This document shows, one piece after another, positions 58,213-64,000 of a stretch of 64,000 nucleotides of DNA (position 1 is the stretch's first letter; each line of letters begins with the position of its first letter). The translations under genes and the position numbers were made by a program. The DNA comes from Candidatus Bathyarchaeota archaeon. GTDB lineage: Archaea > Thermoproteota > Bathyarchaeia > 40CM-2-53-6. The stretch spans positions 1,984,001 to 2,048,000 of the forward strand of contig CAVSBL010000002.1 of assembly GCA_963726255.1 (NCBI GenBank). Reading direction: 5' to 3'. The notes under the pieces are model-generated. The model saw nothing but the letters and a program-made list of their open reading frames with translations, made no database searches and was not told the origin of the DNA.

Positions 58213-58917
58213 ATGTCTTCGAGGATACTTGCTTTCACGGATTTTCATGGCAATCATGAGGCATATCGGCACGCGAAAGAGCTGATTGCGAATAAGAAAC
58301 CGGATTTCGTGATAGTCGCAGGAGACATCGTTAACCGCGATTCTAACCGAGCGAAACAATTCCTATTCGACTTGGCATCGGCCGGGCCTCCTGTTTACTT
58401 TGTCCCAGGGAACATGGACAGTGACGAACTGGGAGACTGGCCAGGAGGCGAAAACGTTCACGCACTCCATGCGCGATGCGAAAACATGGAGGCTGTGAGC
58501 CTGATTGGTCTAGGCGGATCGCCGCACGGTCCCTTTCGAACCATCTTCGAATACAGCGAGAATGAAGCCTCGGGGCTGATCGAGGCGGCGGCCAAAAGTT
58601 ACCGAGAAGGACAACTGATTTTCGTGTCACACTGCCCACCCAAGAACACGAAACTCGATCAAGTTACCAGTGGTGAGCATGTTGGGAGCACGGCTGTTCG
58701 AGAATTTGTTGAAAAGAGGCAGCCGATGCTAGTTGTTTCGGGTCATGTTCACGAAGCCCAAGGCACCGATACTATCGGTCCGTCCATTCTAGTGAACACT
58801 GGACCAGCCCAGCTAGGACAGTACGCCGAAATAACTCTCGGAGACAATGTCACAGTGAAATTTGGAAGATTTTCTAAATCGAATGGTGGCGTGAATCATT
58901 TGTATGGAGAAAAGTAG
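58213..58917 (+). CDS. Metallophosphoesterase (Icc-like)
   Basis: DFH, GD, GNMD, SHCPP, GHVHE. Confidence 0.9.
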   Translation: MSSRILAFTDFHGNHEAYRHAKELIANKKPDFVIVAGDIVNRDSNRAKQFLFDLASAGPPVYFVPGNMDSDELGDWPGGENVHALHARCENMEAVSLIGLGGSPHGPFRTIFEYSENEASGLIEAAAKSYREGQLIFVSHCPPKNTKLDQVTSGEHVGSTAVREFVEKRQPMLVVSGHVHEAQGTDTIGPSILVNTGPAQLGQYAEITLGDNVTVKFGRFSKSNGGVNHLYGEK

Positions 58918-58982
58918 CGGCCTGTGGCGGCAAGTTATTATGAGCCTGATTCCTAATCGAGCGGGAATTAACTAAGGAGTGT

Positions 58983-60146
58983 ATGATAGTGCCTAGGCGA
59001 GCACGCCATCGAAGGGTAAGAGCTTTTCGAGTTGTTCGGCGAGAAACTATCGCCGTCCTCTTGGTGCTCGTCGTAGCCTTAGGCTCGCTTGCCGCGTACT
59101 ACGCCCTCGCCCTCAGTGCGGAGAAATCAACCAGCCTAGACCCAGCGCAAATCTACGCTAACGCAAGTAATAGCGTCGTAACTATCCAAGGATACAAGGA
59201 TCAGGCTGTGGATACTGGGACGGGCGTGGGAACAAGTTGGGTTGGCATCTATGCTTCAGGATTTGTCGTGCAATACTCAGGGTCGTATTACGTTGTAACG
59301 AACTTTCACGTAGTAAACTCCCTCGTCAATACGACGGTAACTTTCTGGAATGGTGATGCTTTCAGAGGAAACGTTGTAGGTTTGGATGCTTACGCCGATT
59401 TGGGTTTAGTTTCTACGCAGGCCCCATCTCAAGAGTATTCTCCATTGGAATTTGCTCCGTCATCCGCACTCAGGGTTGGTGAGCCTGTGGTTGCGATCGG
59501 AAACCCGTACGGATATGCGGGCACGATAACGTACGGGATCGTAAGCCATACTGGGAGGACGATAAGTTATGATACTGGTTCAGGTTCCACAGGGTACCCT
59601 ATCGCTGACGCGATACAATTCAGCGCGCCGATAAACCCTGGCAATTCGGGAGGCCCGCTGTTGACCGGTGATGGAAGGGTAGTTGGAATCACAACGGCTG
59701 GAATAACCGGTGCAGAAGGCCTTGGTTTCGCGATACCGTCAGACACTATCATGCGCGAGCTTCCATCTCTAATGACAACGGGCAAGTATGACAAGCATCC
59801 TTACCTAGGTGTTCAAGTGGCGGATATGACCTATGAACTGTCAAAAGTTGCAGGTTCCAATGTGACCTATGGTGTATTGATCGAGAAGACTGTCCAAGGT
59901 AGCCCGGCAGCTCAATCCGGCCTCAGAAGCGGAACCAACAATGTTAACGTCAGCGGCCAATCCTACCTCATCGGTGGAGACATCATCATATCAATTGATG
60001 GAACCAGGATTGTCAACTACGACTCGATGTCAACGTACCTTGAACGGAATACGTTTCCAGGTCAAACCATACAAGTTGGCATTATCAGGTCAGGTACCTT
60101 TATGGTCGTTCAAGTAGTGCTGGGCGCAAGGCCCCCCATCTCTTGA
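58983..60146 (+). CDS. HtrA/DegP-family serine protease with PDZ domain
   Basis: TNFHVV, ADLG, GNSGGPL, PDZ GGDIIISIDG; N-terminal TM. Confidence 0.93.
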   Translation: MIVPRRARHRRVRAFRVVRRETIAVLLVLVVALGSLAAYYALALSAEKSTSLDPAQIYANASNSVVTIQGYKDQAVDTGTGVGTSWVGIYASGFVVQYSGSYYVVTNFHVVNSLVNTTVTFWNGDAFRGNVVGLDAYADLGLVSTQAPSQEYSPLEFAPSSALRVGEPVVAIGNPYGYAGTITYGIVSHTGRTISYDTGSGSTGYPIADAIQFSAPINPGNSGGPLLTGDGRVVGITTAGITGAEGLGFAIPSDTIMRELPSLMTTGKYDKHPYLGVQVADMTYELSKVAGSNVTYGVLIEKTVQGSPAAQSGLRSGTNNVNVSGQSYLIGGDIIISIDGTRIVNYDSMSTYLERNTFPGQTIQVGIIRSGTFMVVQVVLGARPPIS

Positions 60147-60306
60147 AACCCGAATACTACGCCTTCAAGGCCCTTTGAAAACTTCTGTCGCAGCTTTCTA
60201 GCACGAGTTCATTGACAAACCGATTAAGTACGCTTAAGTCGGCGAATCTTCTCTCCGGTAAGTGTCATAAAGCCTTGAATGGTGATTCGTAGGTTCGGCA
60301 TTCAAA

Positions 60307-61137
60307 TTGATTGACATGCTTGTCGTTCTACTCATCTCGGTTCTTGCTGGCTTCCTAGGCGCCCTAACCGGCCTTGGTGGTGGAAGCATCATGATTCCGA
60401 TATTGGTTGCTTTCGAAGTACCCCTGAAGTATGCAATCGCCGCAAGCATGGTGACTATTATCGCCACATCAAGCGGTTCGGCGGCATCATACGTACGAGA
60501 ACGCATAACGAACGTAAAGGCCGCATTCTACCTAGAAATGTTCACAATAATAGGAGCAATCATCGGGGCTACCATAACATCGTTCATTCAGCCTCGGTTC
60601 TTGTACTTCTTTTTCGCAGCGTTTCTTCTGACCTCCTTCCTGGGTTTGTCGGGGCACCTGAGCGAGGAATTTCCAACGCGAATGAAACAGGACAAGTTTT
60701 CACGATGGCTGGAGCTGGAGGGCAGTTACTACGATGAGGCTGCTAAGAAAAAAGTCAACTACAAAATGAAAAACGCCCTTTGGGGCGGTCCTGGGATGAT
60801 GATTGCAGGGTTAGCTGCTGGAATGCTGGGCATCGGTGCTGGCGCCTTCAAAGTCTCAATACATGAACTGATTTTGAAAATGCCTTCCAAAGTTTCCAGC
60901 ACGACCAGTAACTTCATCATTGGGATAACCGCCTTGGCAGGTGCAAGTGTCTACTTCGCGTCGGGCCTACTTTTCCTCGGCCTAGCTGCACCGATGGCTG
61001 TGGGAACGACTAGCGGCGCGGTGGTAGGCGGGCGAATTTTGAACCATTTACCCAATCGAATGGTAAGGTACCTATTCCTCATAGTAGTGGTCGTGCTGAT
61101 CGTCCAAATGCTCTACAAGGGGACAACTTCACCATGA
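60307..61137 (+). CDS. TauE/SafE-family sulfite exporter
   Basis: GLGGG and GIGAG repeats, multiple TM segments. Confidence 0.88.
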   Translation: MIDMLVVLLISVLAGFLGALTGLGGGSIMIPILVAFEVPLKYAIAASMVTIIATSSGSAASYVRERITNVKAAFYLEMFTIIGAIIGATITSFIQPRFLYFFFAAFLLTSFLGLSGHLSEEFPTRMKQDKFSRWLELEGSYYDEAAKKKVNYKMKNALWGGPGMMIAGLAAGMLGIGAGAFKVSIHELILKMPSKVSSTTSNFIIGITALAGASVYFASGLLFLGLAAPMAVGTTSGAVVGGRILNHLPNRMVRYLFLIVVVVLIVQMLYKGTTSP

Positions 61138-61520
61138 AAAGGGGTCGGAATGAAGAGGGCCTCGAACTGGCGATAAGCTATGTTCTAATTACGGGCGTGC
61201 TGGCCAGCGTCGCGGTCGAAACGTTTGGGATCGTAAGCTACTATTTGGCAAACGGAAACCTGAACATACTCTTCCAGCCAAGCTCCGCGATGAAGGGAAC
61301 AGATTTTTTCAGCTACACGACGAAGCTGGCACAACAACTTTCGGTGGGGGTACTAACGCCGATGCAGATACTTGGGTTGGGGATTGTTCTATTGATGATG
61401 ATACCCTACCTGAGAGTGGTGGCCTCCGTTGTGTACTTCGGTTTGGCTAAGAACCCAAAATATCTGTTCATAACCCTGTTCGTTCTGATTGTCCTAACCG
61501 CGAGCCTCTTGAAACACTAA
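61134..61520 (+). CDS. DUF1634-like membrane protein
   Basis: GIVLLMMIPYLRV pattern; coupled to the TauE gene. Confidence 0.7.
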   Translation: MKRGRNEEGLELAISYVLITGVLASVAVETFGIVSYYLANGNLNILFQPSSAMKGTDFFSYTTKLAQQLSVGVLTPMQILGLGIVLLMMIPYLRVVASVVYFGLAKNPKYLFITLFVLIVLTASLLKH

Positions 61521-61626
61521 CCCTTAGGCAACGGTTTGCAACACTTTGTGGCTCAGAGTGGACGCTTGTTCTAAGCGCGTTTCACGTAAGGGCTTCATCA
61601 GAGCAATTGGAGGTGAACTTGAAGAA

Positions 61627-62031
61627 ATGACGGAGGAGAAACCAACTGCCGCCTTCATACTTTCGTTGCTGGCGGGCGTCTTCATCCTTCTCGGTGGAGG
61701 TATGATGACAATGATAGGATTATGGTTAGGCAATTACGGTATGACGAATTACTATGGCAGATGGGGAGGAATGATGGGAACAGGCTTCGGAATGTTGCGA
61801 TTCGCGTTCGGCGCCATGGGTGTGCTAGGCTTAATCTTCGGAGCCATCGTAATCATCAGCGCTTTAATGCTGAACAGCAAACCCGAGCAGCATCAGACTT
61901 GGGGATCGCTTATTGTGCTCTTCTCAGCGCTCAGCATATTCGGTAGCGCGATGGGCGGTTTTGGCGTTGGCCTTGTTCTCGGCCTTATCGGCGGCATACT
62001 TGCGATAACGTGGAAACCAACCGGGAAATGA
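61627..62031 (+). CDS. Gly-rich membrane protein of unknown function
   Basis: MTEEKPTAAFILSL...GLIGGILAITWKP. ATG at 61627 with GGAGGTGA upstream. Confidence 0.7.
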   Translation: MTEEKPTAAFILSLLAGVFILLGGGMMTMIGLWLGNYGMTNYYGRWGGMMGTGFGMLRFAFGAMGVLGLIFGAIVIISALMLNSKPEQHQTWGSLIVLFSALSIFGSAMGGFGVGLVLGLIGGILAITWKPTGK

Positions 62032-62172
62032 GGGGGCCTCATCATCCGGAGTTTCACATTTTTCTGGACTGGATCTGAACAAAAGTCCTCGTAGCTGAGC
62101 TAACCGTTTCTGAAAGCTTAATGTAGAACGGGCAAATCTAGGCTTCGCCTTCACGATTCAAGGTGCTAATGG

Positions 62173-62937
62173 TTGCCGCTCAAGAATAGTGACTTCATAC
62201 TCGCCAACTACAGCCTTAAGATTAAGGAAACCGGCGAGATAGTCGGCACCACGCTCGAGAATGTTGCCAAGGAGGCGAAGCTTTACCGCGGCGAAGAACG
62301 CTACGAACCATTCTTCATCATTGTGGGGGAAGGATGGGTCCCGAAAGGGCTAGACGAAGCCTTGACCGGCATGGAAGTTGGGAAGGCGAACACCATAGAA
62401 CTCCCACCGGACAAAGGATACGGAGTGCGAGATCCGAAGAAGGTTCGTTTGGTCCCGCTTCGCAAATTCACAGCTGAGGGCCTAACTCCCGTCCCAGGGT
62501 TACAAGTGAATGTCGACGGCAAGACGGCGCAAGTCCGCTCGGTTGGCGCCGGCAGGGTCCAAGTCGATTACAACCACCCATTCGCTGGCAAGACCCTGAT
62601 CTACGACCTGACTGTGGAGAAGATTCTTGAGACGGACGAAGACAAAATACGGAGCCTTGTCCACAAACGGATTCCGACCGTGAGCCAAGAGAAGTTCATT
62701 GTCAAAGTAACGCAGGGGAAACTGGAGGTCGAAATACCGGAGGAAGCCTTCTTCCTGGAGGGGTTGCAGGTCGAAAAGCGAACGGTGACGGCCGACATAG
62801 AGAAGTACCTTCCAAAAATCGATACCGTCGTTTTTGTCGAAGTGTTCAAGAAACCTGCCGCCCCAGCTGCTGTTCCAACTCCTGAAGCAGAAGCGATGCC
62901 GGCCGCTCAACCAGCAGCGGCGCCTTCATCTGGCTAG
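62173..62937 (+). CDS. Long-type archaeal FKBP peptidyl-prolyl isomerase (SlyD-like)
   Basis: GLDEAL, PPDKGYG.RDP, VDYNHPFAGKTL. Confidence 0.92.
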   Translation: MPLKNSDFILANYSLKIKETGEIVGTTLENVAKEAKLYRGEERYEPFFIIVGEGWVPKGLDEALTGMEVGKANTIELPPDKGYGVRDPKKVRLVPLRKFTAEGLTPVPGLQVNVDGKTAQVRSVGAGRVQVDYNHPFAGKTLIYDLTVEKILETDEDKIRSLVHKRIPTVSQEKFIVKVTQGKLEVEIPEEAFFLEGLQVEKRTVTADIEKYLPKIDTVVFVEVFKKPAAPAAVPTPEAEAMPAAQPAAAPSSG

Positions 62938-63617
62938 AGGACTTCGTGAATCGCTTCTATCGCCTCTTTGGCTACGAAACCTAAGATCACGACTGTCGCC
63001 GCATAGTCAACCCATGGAACCTTCCAAACAAAGTTGATTGTAAGGCCAGCGAGCAAGGCTGCAGACATCCAGAAACAAGTAGCAGACTCAGCTGCATCAA
63101 TCGTCAACGGCAAACATTTAGACGCTTTACCAATGCGTTTCTTTTGATACCACAAAACCGGCATGATCACAATCGCCGCGATGGCGACAGTGATGCCGAG
63201 TGGCGACGATTCGGGTCTTATGCCAATTAGAAATGAATAGACGGCCGCAACTCCAATCACGGGTATTAGCGAGAACAGAAGAAACGCTGTGGCCAATTCA
63301 GTTCGCTTGGTCTCCCTCTCGCCTTCAGAACCTGTCAAAGCATTTCTCAGATGTTGTACCACAGCAAGAGACGACAGTAATTCGACTAGGCTGTCGCCGC
63401 CGAAAGCCAGAAGGGCAAGGCTCCAAACCACTATGCCCGAATAAATTGCGGCAAGGCACTCAATCATCATCCAGGTAACGCTAGCATATTCTACCCACAA
63501 TCCACGTTGTATGAGTCTCCGGCTGGGCGTCACTCTCCTGACCGGCTGCTTCACAAGCGTAGCCTTTGGAAATGCTAGAAGTCGCGAGCCGTCCGACGAA
63601 ACAGACGGAATGCCCAC
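62934..63617 (-). CDS. CDF-like cation transporter (true start probably downstream of 63617)
   Basis: SLALLAFGGDSLVE, LTIDAAES, WVD; multiple TM segments. Confidence 0.8.
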   Translation of the reverse strand: MGIPSVSSDGSRLLAFPKATLVKQPVRRVTPSRRLIQRGLWVEYASVTWMMIECLAAIYSGIVVWSLALLAFGGDSLVELLSSLAVVQHLRNALTGSEGERETKRTELATAFLLFSLIPVIGVAAVYSFLIGIRPESSPLGITVAIAAIVIMPVLWYQKKRIGKASKCLPLTIDAAESATCFWMSAALLAGLTINFVWKVPWVDYAATVVILGFVAKEAIEAIHEVL

Positions 63618-63808
63618 TACCTGATTCTTCTGTACCGGTTAAGCGTGTGAGTTTGCCAAGAATAGCCGCGGAGTTTCCGACTGGCACCAAAACCACATGC
63701 GGAACAACGTTTCCATCTGATGTGGTACGAGCGTCGGCCGCAGCGTCGACAGCGAATATGAGTTTTTGCACGTCCTCGTCGGCCGAAGGACGTTGTACCC
63801 TTAGTCAA
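63617..63808 (-). CDS. rpl37e: 50S ribosomal protein L37e
   Basis: KGTTSFG, HIRCRRCGRRSYH...CSACGFG. Confidence 0.97.
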   Translation of the reverse strand: MTKGTTSFGRRGRAKTHIRCRRCGRRSYHIRWKRCSACGFGASRKLRGYSWQTHTLNRYRRIR

Positions 63809-63845
63809 ATTTCCTCAACCCGCAAAAATTTGGTATTGTAGTCTT

Positions 63846-64000
63846 TTACCTCTTCGGCGGGGGCGAGACCAGAACCACATTGTCGCCCCTGACAACGATT
63901 GTGCCTATACTGCGTGTGTTCTCTGGGTTGGATACGTCCTCTGCATCCTCAAGGACTAGGTTCATGTGTTGGTCGTAGCTGTAGAGTTTGCCGCGTATTG
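63846..64000 (-). CDS. Sm/LSm protein (SmAP1), 5' end outside the window
   Basis: Manual translation [21 protein letters not shown]...[14 protein letters not shown] (Sm1 and Sm2 motifs). Lies upstream of rpl37e, the usual archaeal arrangement. Confidence 0.92.
   Translation of the reverse strand, partial: IRGKLYSYDQHMNLVLEDAEDVSNPENTRSIGTIVVRGDNVVLVSPPPKR

Noticed and set aside
1-64000. CRISPR array, tRNA or rRNA genes
   Set aside because: No regularly spaced repeats or recognisable structural RNA seen by eye. A covariance-model scan was not possible, so short RNAs could be missed.

Overview
Archaeal DNA, probably TACK/Bathyarchaeia-like (eukaryote-type topoisomerase IB, rpl37e, Sm protein, long FKBP, PGF-CTERM surface protein); taxonomy is inferred. 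The window has two parts. (1) About 1-19,580 is an accessory, defence-like region. Its core is one tightly coupled minus-strand operon: AAA-ATPase/wHTH, unknown ORF, long prokaryotic Argonaute, NurA, HerA, Mre11, Rad50 and a GHKL ATPase (missing from the ORF track; runs off the left edge). An Argonaute therefore appears co-transcribed with the complete archaeal double-strand-break resection machine, and this is the main candidate new system. Just upstream is a 614-bp non-autonomous element with perfect 22-bp terminal inverted repeats and an 8-bp target duplication, carrying one passenger gene. Next come a double-HKD PLD nuclease plus partner, a UDG-like glycosylase, a catalytically dead tyrosine recombinase coupled to an Nmad2-like gene, a C39-like peptidase, a mini HNH protein, and a truncated HAD gene at the apparent border. 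(2) About 19,800-64,000 is mostly metabolic and housekeeping: purine uptake/catabolism operon with a frameshifted deaminase, decayed HoxN/ZIP metal transporters, Zn/Mn ABC operon with DtxR regulator and tandem operator, SerA, Topo IB, Lut-like genes, proteases, FKBP, rpl37e and Sm. No CRISPR array, tRNA or rRNA was recognised. All family calls come from motifs read by eye; no database searches were run.
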